DNA of 63,660 nucleotides, filler included, from Licmophora abbreviata (taxonomy: Eukaryota): NCBI GenBank assembly GCA_900291995.1. It is 14 parts of 14 records of this genome, joined end to end, with 100 filler letters (N's around TTAATTAATTAA, not from the genome) between each part and the next. Parts side by side here need not be neighbours in the genome. Positions count along the whole stretch, not along the records: positions 7,317 to 23,004 come from OLMU01004283.1; positions 23,105 to 27,048 come from OLMU01004285.1; positions 27,149 to 36,252 come from OLMU01004286.1; 11 more parts are not named here. One strand, written 5' to 3'. The notes beneath the pieces are model-generated. The model was not told the origin of the DNA. It saw only the letters and a program-made list of their open reading frames with translations, and made no database searches. A program made the position numbers and the translations under genes. Shown piece by piece: positions 21,565 through 33,826 of the stretch (its first letter is position 1; each line of letters opens with the position of its first letter).

Positions 21565-24500
21565 ATGGAGACCATGGCGGAGCAAGCGGCCGAAAAGGCC
21601 ACAATGACGAGCGCGAGCAGCGTCAGTCAAGACCAAGAAGACTACGTCAAGAACAAGAACTCCAATATTTCTTCTCCAATAGCGCATAGCAAGCCCAGCT
21701 GGCCTCCTCCAAAGAGTGCGTTTCAGTCACTCCCGTTGGTGCACCCGAAAAAGAAGACTCCTACTGGACTGCACAATAGTCCCGCATCTCCGGCGGTTTC
21801 ATCCATGATGCTCAATGATTCTTTGTCCCAGTTCTTCAAGGGAGCTTTGTCTGGAGATGGACGTCAGAAGAAGATACTGGTGGAACCAGAAAAAATGGCA
21901 GCACACAGTCACTGGGGTCATCGGAGTCGCCGAGGGTCCATGAACACTGTTCGCACTCCCACAAGTCGCAAGAGCATGCATAGGGATCGTGACAATGACG
22001 GTGACTCTGAGAATTCTGTTCAATCCTTTGCTCTCTCGAACATCGAACTAGTGAGCAGCTTGGATAGTCAGAGCGGCGACAAGAGCCTGCGCAGCAAGTC
22101 GAGAAAACGCCGCTCGTCGCTCGACTCCGGTTCTTCCTCGTCCATATCGCTGTGGAGTGGGGCAGATCCTGCACAAGACTTTCAGATTCCAGGCACATAC
22201 CCATCCACTGGGCTGTCTTTGGGGGCGTCTCTGTCTCTGAATCGCCACAATCGACAGTCTTTTGTCTCGCTCGAAAGTCACGACAGTCGTCTGACTCCTA
22301 CCGGTACATACGAAGACAATACGACGCTCTTTGACAACCTTGATTTACACTGGCCAGATACAACCGTTTCCTTTGATAGCAACGACAGCGTCAGTACCAA
22401 GCATTACCAACAGGCATGCTTGGCTAGTTTTGTCTTGGTCTTCGCGATGGATCGAGATTGCCGTGACACCGAGGACAAAGCCGTTGCCTTTTCTGGACCT
22501 CCGCCGCCAACCGCCCGTGTTGTAATTCAAGGGCTGTGGGCACAAGTGGTCTTGCCTGCTCTCTTGCAAAACTCCGAGGAGATTCAGGACACTTCGAAGG
22601 AAGCTCTAGAGGAGACTGCAGAAGTGTTGGCACAAGAGGCGTGGATATCCCTGACGACGCGTTCGGGTTTCCTCAGTCAACTGGAAGACTCGACTGTTTC
22701 CGTCTCCCACTCGGTGTACATCGAGTATGGACAGAAACTAGCCAGCAACTATGCAGGGTCGCTCAATTGGGCTTCAGGCTTCGCGCTATGGCTACAGAGT
22801 GCGTTTCTCGACCAACACTTCCATCCCGCAGCCGATCTTGACAACAACAAAGAAGTTTGTCAATACGCCGCCAAGGCCTTGCTCCCGCTGCTTTTAAAGT
22901 GTAATCTGTATATGCAAGCTACTCAATTGCTACTCGGCGATGTATCGGACTACGTCTATCGTCTGTGGGAGGCATTGTGTGATGACGAAAATGCAGTTCA
23001 GTTGNNNNNNNNNNNNNNNNNNNNNNNNNNNNNNNNNNNNNNNNNNNNTTAATTAATTAANNNNNNNNNNNNNNNNNNNNNNNNNNNNNNNNNNNNNNNN
23101 NNNNGAACACACAGCGATAGTAATGCATGAGCGAGGAATCTCCATGCCGGCTCTCTCCTTGCTTCAAGAGTCTCTTCTTCTCAAGACTTGTCACCTCGGG
23201 AAGACTCACATGGAAGTGGCTAGACTGAACGCTGCCATGGCAGCCATACACGATGACGTTATGCAATGGGAAGCTGCCCTGCCACGCCGTCGTGAGTGCC
23301 TGCGCATTAGGATGCAGTTTCTGTCCCAGTACGACCCAAACGAGTGGATTACGCAGCACGAGGGTGTCTTTCAGAGTGTGCTTGAAATACTCAGAGCGAT
23401 GGGAGATGCCCACAGGATGCTTGAGGCGTTTGACGACGCGATCGGATGCTACTGGAAAATCGCTACTCTTGCGAGACGTCAATGGGAGGTGCTTCGCGCC
23501 GACCCAAATGAGCCTACAGTATTTCACGGGTTCGCGTCTCGAGAACATCAGCTCCTCCTCGGGGAAGAGCTCCGAAAGATAACTTCGCCTTCAGTCATCC
23601 TTGATGAAATGAGGTATGAGCCTCGTACGTCAAAGAGCAAGATACCGAACATTGCCAGTCACGGAATCAGAGAAGACGAGGCCTATGCGAAAGAAGAATC
23701 GATTCTTCGCGAGGTCGCCCAATCCTATCAAACTATCGTCAGCCTATTCAAAGACAAGGAATTCGCGTCGCGACAGACCCAGTCGTCTTCTACAGACAGA
23801 AACTTAGCCGACGCGATTGCAGAAGATGACATTCCACTTTTTCTCACTGCGACATATGAGCTTGGAATCATGCACCTTTACTACGGAGATTACCGCTCGG
23901 CAATGCATACATTCGAACACAGCTTACAGAGCATGTGGGTTATGGATCCAAGCAGCTCCGAAAGCAGCGGTACGGATAGCTACTCAGACGAAGCAACCGA
24001 GACGCGGGTTGCTAACAGAAAACGAATGCAGCAAAAGAGACGCCGGAGGTCCCTTGGAGTGATGGAAAAGAGCGTAGATGAGATCTACGAGGAAGGGCTC
24101 TACCATGCTGTTGGTCTCTGCCTTGTAGGATGTGGCGAGCACGAGCAGGCGATACGTTTTCATATGACCGCTCTCCGCTACGCACGGAAATTTCATGGGC
24201 CGCATTCTCCGGTAGTATGCATGATTCTATATGATGTCGCCACATGCTACTGGCAGATCCGTGAATATGAGAAGGCTCTGGAGTTTTGGAGCGCGGGTTG
24301 TCAGATCCATCTTCAAAGGAGCAGCGACGCCGATGTCAATTCTGTGGACCAAATAAACGGTATGGAGAGCGACAATCTCTTCACTTACGCCAGATCGCTC
24401 TACAATGTCGGCGCAACGCTCTGTGCTATGGGTCGTTTCCGAAATCATATGACACTGGCATGTTTCGAAGAAGCTCGAGAGATATTCGCGGACAATGAAG

Positions 24501-26491
24501 ATAGGGTTGGCCCCGAGCATGCGAGCTGCCTCTTTTATATGAGCCTCACAATTTTCCATCGAGCAGGTTCCGACATAGATCTTCTTACCAGGGCACAGGA
24601 TCTGCTTAGGGAATCCACCGAGCTGTACAAAGAGCTCGGATATGCGCCGCAGACTGATGACCGCAATACCCTCTTTGGACACGAAGCACTACGGGCACAT
24701 CTATTTTGCCTGCAGGGTTTACTTCTTGAAGCACTGGGAGGAACTGATCTTGCGCTGGGATCTCTACAAACGGCATACCATCTTTATGATGCGGAGTCGG
24801 CACTTTGGAGTCTTCATAAAGCACATGTTCTTTTTTCCATTGGCATGATCTACAAAGCTCGTGACGAGGACATTGAGGCTCTTCGCTGCTTCGACGAGGC
24901 GATGGAACTTCGCGTCAGCCGCCTCGGTCCAGGCCACGAAGCGGTCGGTGCGACTCTTCATCAGATGGGCAACATGTTCGCACGTCGAAATGAGTTTGGA
25001 ATCGCAGTTGAGATGTACAACGAGTCACGACGCATTCTGGTGACAACTGGCGGTCCCGAGAATCCTCTCGTTGCAAAAGTACTACTTCAGATGGGAGCTC
25101 TACAGGCACGAGAAGGTCAGCTAGGCGATGCACTCGAAAGCTTGAAAGGAGCACTCGTTATTCACAGGCATCGAACCGGCATGGTGTTCCAAGCAAGCCG
25201 CGGGGCTTCCGAATTTGCAGCCATTAGCGTTCAGCATTCGCAAAACCTAGCTACTCACCAGAAAAGAATCGTTGAGAACGATGGTGCTCTCCGCAAGAAA
25301 TTCGATGAAGAGCTCATTCGTGAGAGACAAGAACTTGCTATGGTCCTGCACTGTATTGGAAATGTATACAACGTCCTTCGCGACTACAGCAATGCCATCA
25401 TCTCGTATGGAGAGGCCGCTGACACATGGAAAAGCACTGAATCCATTGTGCAAGCTCAAGGACAAGATTTCCCAGTCAGCTTCGCAGATACGTTGCATTG
25501 TCTCGGTTGCGTTCACTTCGAACGAAAGGAATACGACAAAGCACTGGAATACTTGAGAGAGTCGCTGAAACTCAAACGAGCCGTGGACAGCCCTGTCTGG
25601 GAGAATCCCAATTTTGGATCGACCGAGATTGTGTCCATCGTTCTGTACAATGGAAACCCAAAGGAGGACCCATCGTCTCTTCACCATAGTAACTCTCTGT
25701 CGTATGCCAATACGCTACACCGCATCGGGATGGTCTATGCGGGAATGAACAATCGAGACTCGGCGGTTTCTTGTTTCGAGTCCGCCCTGAGCATTCAAAG
25801 GCGCCTGCTCCAAGGAAATAATCCATCGGTTGCAGTCGTGCTCTCCGACTTGGGTAATGCACTGTACGGTGCCGAGCACCGACGTGACGAGGCCTTGCAG
25901 TACTATCAAGCGGCTCTTGTCATCCGTCGAAACCAGAAAGACTTTGGGGGTCAGGTCGGCGAACTCCTCTACCGCATCGGGAGCTTGCATGATACCGATC
26001 AACAGTGTGCCAAGGCCATATTGTACTACCGCCAAGCCTTGCAAGTTCATGGTCGTGACTATGTGCATACAATGGGAAAGCGCCTCTGTCGGGGCGCACT
26101 GTTGCGATCCATCACTCGGGATAATGGTGTCGCTGAAGCCCAAGAGCCGCTCGACTTGTTTCAAACGGACGGCACAGCTCTGCTACAATCGATGGAAGAT
26201 CGTGACCGCGATCGTCGTGAAAACTTTCGCAAAGTCTGTTCCGCCATGCGCAAAGCCTCGAAAAATGCAATCGCGCAGGAATTGGACACTCCCGCGTGCT
26301 GGATAAGTCTGGAGCTGTACCTGTACAGTCTCATGGATCTCTTGAATCTCGCGTCGGGACAATGGCGTCAAGAAGTCCGAGAATCTCTTCAGAATGGCCT
26401 TCGACGGCTGCAGCCGTCCTCGTCTGGTACACTCGCCGCGTCGTCCCAAGATGCGGTTCTCTTTCGAATGTTGTACTTGATTCAAGATTGA
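21565..26491 (+). CDS. Large TPR-repeat protein (~1600 aa) interrupted by linker 23005-23104
   Basis: Ser-rich N-terminal half open to 23004; frame resumes at 23105 in compatible phase (AVQL|EHTAIV). Many TPR-like units (A.TLH.MG…, A.VLSDLG…). Confidence 0.75.
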
Positions 26492-26590
26492 GTGACACAC
26501 CCGTCTGATCCAAAACGCCCAGCTATTGCATATTGTACAATAACATGCCACCGCATGATTCAGTAGAAAAAAGGTAACCAACATTTATAG

Positions 26591-26761
26591 GACCATACTA
26601 TTATCATGTAAGGATAGAAGGGATTTACTGGCATGCAGACAGTGGTGAATAGATTGAGTAGGTATGTCAGTGCTTGACCATACTATTATCATGTAAGGAT
26701 AGAAGGGATGTACTGGCATGCAGACAGTGGTGAATAGATTGAGTAGGTATGTCAGCTGCTT
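26591..26761. repeat. 85-bp direct tandem duplication (2 copies)
   Basis: GACCATACTATTATCATG… starts at 26591 and 26676; one substitution and one 1-bp indel. Confidence 0.95.
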
Positions 26762-26844
26762 GTGCCTTGCTTCAGGCGAAATAGCCCGAGGTGAGGGCAT
26801 CGCATCCCATTGTGGCTGCAGCGCAATGCACCAAGTAGGAGGAT

Positions 26845-27048
26845 CTACGGTGCGCATTCCTCAGTGGTTACGGTGACAGTCTTGGATCCATCTGGAGCAG
26901 TTTCAGTCCTGGTGGTCTTCCTGGTCCCATCTGGATTGATTACCGTAAGAACAGTCGTGTTGTTGCCGGAGCTGGCGGTCAAATCGCGAGGGATGGCGCC
27001 ACTCGAACTGTCCTGGGCCTCCTTATCATCCAAAGGGGGAGAATTGTC
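26845..27048 (-). CDS. 3' fragment of a small hypothetical protein with PDG(T/S) beta-hairpin repeats
   Basis: Frame open from the linker to the stop at 26845; TVINPDGTRKTTRTETAPDGSKTVTVTTEE. Confidence 0.45.
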   Translation of the reverse strand, partial: DNSPPLDDKEAQDSSSGAIPRDLTASSGNNTTVLTVINPDGTRKTTRTETAPDGSKTVTVTTEECAP

Positions 27049-27857
27049 NNNNNNNNNNNNNNNNNNNNNNNNNNNNNNNNNNNNNNNNNNNNTTAATTAA
27101 TTAANNNNNNNNNNNNNNNNNNNNNNNNNNNNNNNNNNNNNNNNNNNNTTAATTTGCAGAACAAGCCGTCCAGGTGAGTGGAAGGCGATGGGAATGTTCG
27201 CTGCCGCCATGGGTGATGTGGTGTCATGGCTGGATGGCTGCCGGGTGCCTCGAGTGACGACTCTCTTGTTGTTGTTGCCGCATCAATGGTGCGGGCGCAA
27301 CCTAGCTACTTCATCGTACGTACGCACCTTTTGCAATTGTTCCCCATGGTAGGAGCAAGGTGAGATTCAAGAGAAGCGATGTGTGAAGCGTGATATATTT
27401 CAAGGAACAATCGAGTTTTACAAAGCAAGACGAACCAAGACTGCCGACGTTGCGCCAAGAGAGAGAAAAAAGAGAGTGACAGTTTGTGTTGGCTCGGCTC
27501 GCTTGTATGCGAGAGGTTTAGTCTAAGTACGAGTCGTACAGTAGTTTAGAGCGTGCAAAGTACAGACGTCGAAGAAAGCCAGAAAAAGTCGAATGAGTCG
27601 AGTCGAGTCGGAACATCAGTCTGAAATCCAACACAACGAGGATCCACACGCGCTGACCATGGCACTTCAGAGTCGACTCGCTGTCTCTCGTTGTCGCTCT
27701 AATTTCTCGCTTCTTTCACATTCAACGTCTCTGTTCTCCGGCTATCAGCTGACTGCATGCATCCTTTTGAATTTTCTTAATTTCTAGAGTCAATCAAGAC
27801 GAATCAGAGTCAAAACAGCAATTTCCAAACTACGCCAAACTCTCCGTCCCTTGCAGC

Positions 27858-30316
27858 ATGTCCTCTTCGGCTCTGTCTGTCAAGACGGCAAATACTGCCA
27901 CATCGACCAGGAATGCCAAGCGCAAGAAGAAGAAAATAACCATCAAGGCTTACACGAAACCTCCCCAGCTGCCACCAGATTTCTACGAAACCTCCTTGAA
28001 GGCACTCGTCGACACGTGCTGGAATGTTCTCATGAAGCTGGAAGCCAGCCGCACTCGTCGCGGAGTTACTCGTGACAGTGCACCGTCACCTTCCTCTCAG
28101 TGGTCTTTGCAAGAGGCCTATGGACGTGTCGTTGATCTCTGTGCACATCAATACGGACCCAAGTTATATAAGGATGTCTATACGCACATACTGGAACGAG
28201 CAGCACAACACGTGCTTGCGAATGCGCATTCACACTCCTCGCACTTGCTCTTGTACATGACTTCCACGCCGTATCCATTGTTCACGGAGTATTTGAAAAT
28301 GGTGCGACATATCCTACTGCCGCTCGATCGCGCCTTTGTGTGGAAGGTCGAACAGAATTGTGCAGTCTTGCGCAGTGCCAATTCGAGCAATGCGACGAGT
28401 CCTACCGGTACTAGTTCAGCCACAACGCCTTCTCTGTCTCCCAGCAACACCACGACACTTTCTCTCCGGCAAGTTGCATTGTCGCTCTTTCAGAAGCACC
28501 TCGATGAAGGCACAATGCCAAGCTCTCGACCTTGCTACAAGATGCTTGGTGGATTGCTCTTTGGGAGGATTGTAAAAATTCCGGCAACACTACGCCTCCC
28601 GAAATCAAGCAAGCTCTTATCAAGACAATGCATATGTGGCATGACTGGAATGTGCATTACAGCATTTTGGTACAAGTAATTGAGCCACGCTGGAAGCAGG
28701 CGCTACAGCGACTTTCGCAAGATTACAAGGACCGCAGTCCATATTCGCCGGATGTATTCTTGAAGGAAACCTATCATACCATGTGGCAGAACGTGGCTCA
28801 ACAGTATACGGTGTTCTTGCCTCGTCTCTTTTTGCAACGTCTCTTTGAACAAAACTTGTGGGAACCCCATCTCACGGACGAGTACTTGTTGCGGCAGGAG
28901 GGCATGACGCTTTCGAACTTGGACTTTTGGCAGACTCTGTGGAAGTTGGGAGTGCGCATGCAGGAATGCGAGGGAATTGCGGCTGCTATCACCAGGTTTG
29001 CGCAGAGTGCAGTGCGGGTATGTGTGCGATCGCAAGAGCGTCTGGACACTGCGACGATTCAATCGACAGTTGATCGGCTGCTCGAGCTCCAGCGAGAGCT
29101 GGCTGTGCTGCGTCGAAGCTTGTCTTCTGCTTCCCCCAGTTCCGCATCCAGCACTCCCAACTCGAGTCAGTTGCTGGAACGACCATTGAAACAAATGTGG
29201 GCATCCACTCTCAACGATGAACCTGCGCGTATGGCGGAACTTTTGGCAAAGTATATGGATCTATGTCTGCGCAATCCGAAGCGCACTCCCAACACGAGCG
29301 AGCTGCACGATCTGCTTCAGATTTTTGTTCATTTGCAGGCCAAGGATGTTTTTGAAGGCTTCTACAAGAAGGACCTGGCAAAGCGATTGGTCATGGAAAA
29401 GGCGCAGGCGATGGAACTCGAGCGGCAATTTGTGTCGCTGTTGAAGAGCGAATGCGGTACAGGCTATACGTCCAAGATGGAAGGAATGTTTCAGGATATC
29501 GCTTGGAGCAAGGAGAACATGTCATGGTACAAGGACCGCGAACGCACTCACGGAGATGGTGGTGTGACGATGGATGTCAAGGTATTGACGACTGGGTATT
29601 GGCCCATGTACCCACAGTACCCGGATTTGCACCTTCCCGCTTGCCTGGTGCGGCCACAAGAGGAGTTTATTGATTACTACAAGTCCAAATACCAGGGTCG
29701 TCGTTGGCAGTGGCAATATGCATTGGGGTCGGTCGACGTGCGCGCACACTTTGATCGTGCATATACCTTGAACATGAGTCTCTGTCCGGCGCTTGTCCTT
29801 CTCTGTTTTAATGACAAACCTAAGTGGACACTACCGGAACTCCAACAAGCAACGGGAATACAGGATACCAACGAGCTCGCCCGCATCCTACACAATCTGA
29901 GTCTTGGAAAGGTTCGCCTGTTGCAGAAGAAAGACCACGATGCCTCTGGGAATTCTCCAAGAAAGCCTCGCTCGTCGGTCCAACCCACGGATTCCTTTAC
30001 AGTCAAGACAGACTTCACGAGCAAGCAGCTGCGCATTCGGATTTCCAACATTCAACTCAAGGAAACTAAAGAAGAGCGCCAAAAGACACTGGATACTGTT
30101 TCACGCGACCGCCTGTACTTGATTGATGCCGTCTTGGTGCGCATCATGAAGGCACGCAAGACGATTCTTCACCAAGAGTTGATTCCTCAAGTCATGGAGC
30201 AGATCAAGGTCCCCGCGCAGCCGGCGGACATCAAATTGCGAATCGAAAGCTTGATTGAACGTGAGTACATGGAACGAGACCAAGCAGAAAGGAGTCGCTA
30301 CAACTACTTGGCGTAG
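27858..30316 (+). CDS. CUL4: Cullin (CUL4-like) with one apparent frameshift near 28505-28540
   Basis: N-terminal ORF KITIK…PPQLPPDFY…SLQEAY..V.DLC. C-terminal ORF AELLAKYMD, KDVFEGFYKKDLAKRL, ECG.GYTSKMEGMFQD, IDAVLVRIMKARK, IESLIEREY, YNYLA. Confidence 0.88.
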
Positions 30317-30365
30317 TCGCACGACGCAAGAGAAGGGAAAGAAACGTGCGTCTTCTCTAGGGTCC

Positions 30366-30389
30366 GTAGTAGTAAAAGTCGACTACTAC
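30366..30389. other. Small hairpin GTAGTAGT-8nt-ACTACTAC in the cullin 3' region
   Basis: Perfect 8-bp inverted repeat 50 bp after the cullin stop; function unknown. Confidence 0.3.
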
Positions 30390-31438
30390 CTTTACCGGTG
30401 ATAGCTAACTTGAGGTACAGTACCGGTAAGAGTGCGTGAATGCAGAGCCTTCTATTGCTTCCGCTGTACCGGTACTCGCATCATACATAGAAGTATGCAT
30501 TTGTTAGCGACACAGTGTACCGATATGCTGCTGCTCATCTTCGATTCAGGTTCGTTTACATACTCTAGCCGGTCGTACCGGTGCGCAACAAGATCACGGT
30601 GTCGGAGAAAAGAAACAGAGAGGCGACAAAAGACATTTTCAAAAATAAATATATAGGTATTCAGCAGCGTCTAGAAGTATAAAGCTACTTAGAAGCTCTT
30701 TGGACGTGAGTGCCTTATGTAAAAATGATTACCTTGTATATTCGGGCATTTATCTATGAATTCTCAACTTCAGTATGTACCATAGTCGCTACTGCCGGCT
30801 GGCCGATGGATCCGGAAATCTCATCGTAGCCGTAGTACAAGTTCTACAGACGCGGCTCGCTTGAAGTGCCAGACAATCCGTCGCTGGCGTGGGGTGGAGC
30901 AAATTGATGTCAGGTAGAAAGCTACGCCTGTTCTGTACTGAATGCGGAAATTGAAGCCGGAAATCGTCCCCGAAACCAACTTGAAACAAGCCTGCCACTC
31001 TGGAGCAGCAGCCCTCACAACCACATCTGCTTCGTCGGAGGATGAAAGTTTTCAGATTCGCGGTTAATTTTTAGTCGCTCCTCTCGTCACCCTTTGCTCT
31101 CGACGCTTGTTGTCGATACCATGTCCCACCATCGTCCCGGAGGTGATGGGGGAGCGCGTCATCCCGGAGGTACGTCGCTGCGTGCCGATCGTACGTACGA
31201 ATTTGTCAAAATTGCGCGACTATGATACATAGACTACTGGGCTGTAGTACCGGTACCCTTGTAGTGTACTGTTTCGTCCGGGTGAGGTGTGAAAGTCTCT
31301 TCCCGAGTGGACTCTCTCCTTTCCTGCTCATCACTGTATCTCACTTGTCGTTCTCGATCTCGGTTTCTCCTCGACACCCCCGACACAGCCCGTGCTGGAA
31401 GTCTTCCCCGGACCTCGGCAGCCCCACCAGGCATACTT

Positions 31439-33004
31439 ATGCCCCAAGTTCATCCTCCGGGGGGCCACTCGGGAACTAGTTTTCAACAGCAGCAGTACTT
31501 TCTTGACGCTGCTTCCAACAATTCATTGCCCGGACCACACTATCCCTCCGCTGCCAGCTCGTATCCGACATCGTACTCTGCGGCTGCAAGGATGACCGGA
31601 ACTACCGCAAGGTTTCCGACGACCGACCACTCGCACGGTGATCCGTACGCCGCGGCGAACCGACCCATGAACCACGGGCAACATCAACAACAGTCCATTG
31701 CAGGATCTGCTTCGTTTCCCTCCTCTTGGTCAGGAGCACCGCCATTCAGTACGACGAGAAATACTGCTCCCTCCTCGGGTGCCGCCATCAATTCACCCGC
31801 CGATCTCATTATTGAACGTCAATGGAGAGCCCAACAAGAAGAACAACAACATGCCCGACGCCTTCGAGAAATGGTTGCGGCGCAAGAAGAGCAGCGACGA
31901 CGCATGTCTTTGAGCAAGCCGAGCCATAGTAGTAACAACAATGTGATGCAAGGACCGCCCATGGGGGGCTATGGTGCTCCGTCTCACCCTAGTGCATACA
32001 CTCATCCTGCTGGTAGTGGGGGACAACAGCCCCTGCGAAATTCAATGGAGGAGAGCGATGTCTACATGCAGCAGTATCAGCAGCATGGTGCGCTTCCCCC
32101 TACAATGGGACAACAACAACAACAACAACAAGAGTCTGTGCCCGTGCCAGGCGCACCGTGGATAATGCCGCAGTTCAATCCTTACATGACCGATACGTCA
32201 GATGCGCCTCCTCTTCCACACCCAGCATCAATGAATCCAGATGCCTTAATGATGGCCAGTGCTCTGAGAGCTCACGAGGCCTTTGTAGGCGGTGAAAGAG
32301 CTCCCGTCAGTATTACAGGCAGACGATACTATCGAAAGGCCTCGACGTTTCCCATGAAACTAATGAAATGCTTGGCGGACAAAACTCACGAGGATGCCGT
32401 CGCTTGGTTGCCTGACGGCAAGAGCTTTATCGTGATTGATGAAGACTTATTTTGCCAACAAGTCTTGGCAACGAATTTTAAGTCTTCCAAGTACTCATCG
32501 TTTGTGCGGAGACTCAATCGATGGGGATTCGTTCGATTGGCATCGGGTACTGGTACGGACTGCTTTCATCATCCACTATTTCGACGAGAATGTCCGGATC
32601 TGTGTATCAATATGGCGACGGGAACTGGTTCGGAGTGCTTTCATCATCAACTATTTCCGCGAGAATATCCAGATCTGCGTATCAATAAGGCGAGCGTCCA
32701 GCAGGGGGGAGTTGCTGCGGCGAGACCGTCCGATCCTAATGCGAAGAAGGAGGGGCGGCGGCCAATGCGAAAGAAACGACGACAACAGTTCCCATCAAGC
32801 GCTTACGCTGGCAACTACGACTTGCCGAGTCTGGCGGGAGTCGAAAAGTTCTTCAAGAAGCAGAAGACGATGGTGCTGCACGACAGGAGTATGGCAGGAG
32901 GAGGAGAACATAAGGAAGCGCAGTCGTCGCCAGCGAAAGAGGAAGCGGTGAAGGCAGCTGGCGAACCCACGGTCGAATCTCCGCCAGAGAAAGGCAATGC
33001 TTGA
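31439..33004 (+). CDS. HSF-type DNA-binding transcription factor
   Basis: FPMKLM…AVAWLPDGKSF…F…L…FK.SKYSSFVRRLNRWGF…FHHPLFRR, with a Q/P-rich N-terminus. Confidence 0.88.
   Translation: MPQVHPPGGHSGTSFQQQQYFLDAASNNSLPGPHYPSAASSYPTSYSAAARMTGTTARFPTTDHSHGDPYAAANRPMNHGQHQQQSIAGSASFPSSWSGAPPFSTTRNTAPSSGAAINSPADLIIERQWRAQQEEQQHARRLREMVAAQEEQRRRMSLSKPSHSSNNNVMQGPPMGGYGAPSHPSAYTHPAGSGGQQPLRNSMEESDVYMQQYQQHGALPPTMGQQQQQQQESVPVPGAPWIMPQFNPYMTDTSDAPPLPHPASMNPDALMMASALRAHEAFVGGERAPVSITGRRYYRKASTFPMKLMKCLADKTHEDAVAWLPDGKSFIVIDEDLFCQQVLATNFKSSKYSSFVRRLNRWGFVRLASGTGTDCFHHPLFRRECPDLCINMATGTGSECFHHQLFPREYPDLRINKASVQQGGVAAARPSDPNAKKEGRRPMRKKRRQQFPSSAYAGNYDLPSLAGVEKFFKKQKTMVLHDRSMAGGGEHKEAQSSPAKEEAVKAAGEPTVESPPEKGNA
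32545..32694 (+). repeat. 75-bp (25-aa) in-frame tandem duplication at the end of the HSF domain
   Basis: GTGTDCFHHPLFRRECPDLCINMAT / GTGSECFHHQLFPREYPDLRINKAS; copies start at 32545 and 32620. Confidence 0.92.
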
Positions 33005-33826
33005 GCCGCTGTCCACAAGAGCGCATGCATTTTTTGGGGGGGAAGGGATAGACTCGCGAGTATAGAATGCAATACAGGGGGTGCTTAAAGGGCGGGGGTT
33101 AATCTACTCGTACAGTGGTTGTGGGGCTGTGTGCTTTTTGGGGAATAATCGTTTGAAGTGTTTTACATGTTTTGTCTGAAGAGTTTTATATGTTTTGTGA
33201 TGTGACACGGTTGATGAACTCGTGCAAGGTGGGAGCGAGCTGACGGATTTGACTGTGGATTTTGCTGTCGTTGTCCATCTTTTTTCTTACGAATTGCAAG
33301 TGCTGAGAACGGCATCCACGCGCAAAGAAGGAAGCATGATTTCATGAATGCTATAGCCGTACAGCTCAATCAGTAGACTAGATCTTATAACAGCTATCAT
33401 ACCTATTGGTCGAACCAGGTACTGTACCACAGGTAGACGGCATCAAACTCGTCTCAATGAGATTCTTGTACAGTGAACTTCATTGTAGTCGGTTCACCCC
33501 GCGCGCGATGGCATGACGACTGTGATCTGAATCCGATTCTTATAAGTATGAGTAATACGCAAACAAGCACCATGGAATATGCCATTTGAACAACCAAGTT
33601 TGAAGTTGTAAGCCACCACACAAAAAGTCATAAAACCATCATTACATCAAACCATCACTGCTGCTCCGCCTCTCTCTTTCTCTGGAATTACGATACTTTT
33701 ATCCAACTGAACTGAAATTGATGTAGTGTGCGTGTGTTTCGGTGAAGAAAACTTTGTGTTGATTCGATTTTTCGAGGGTGTCAAACTCGGCCTTCTTGTT
33801 GCTACACACTTTACTCGGCATCCGAC

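Noticed and set aside
26591..26761. Possible CRISPR-like array
   Set aside because: Only two adjacent 85-bp copies, no spacers, no cas genes, eukaryotic context.
28500..28545. Programmed ribosomal frameshift in the cullin
   Set aside because: No slippery heptamer visible; a single-base indel is simpler.
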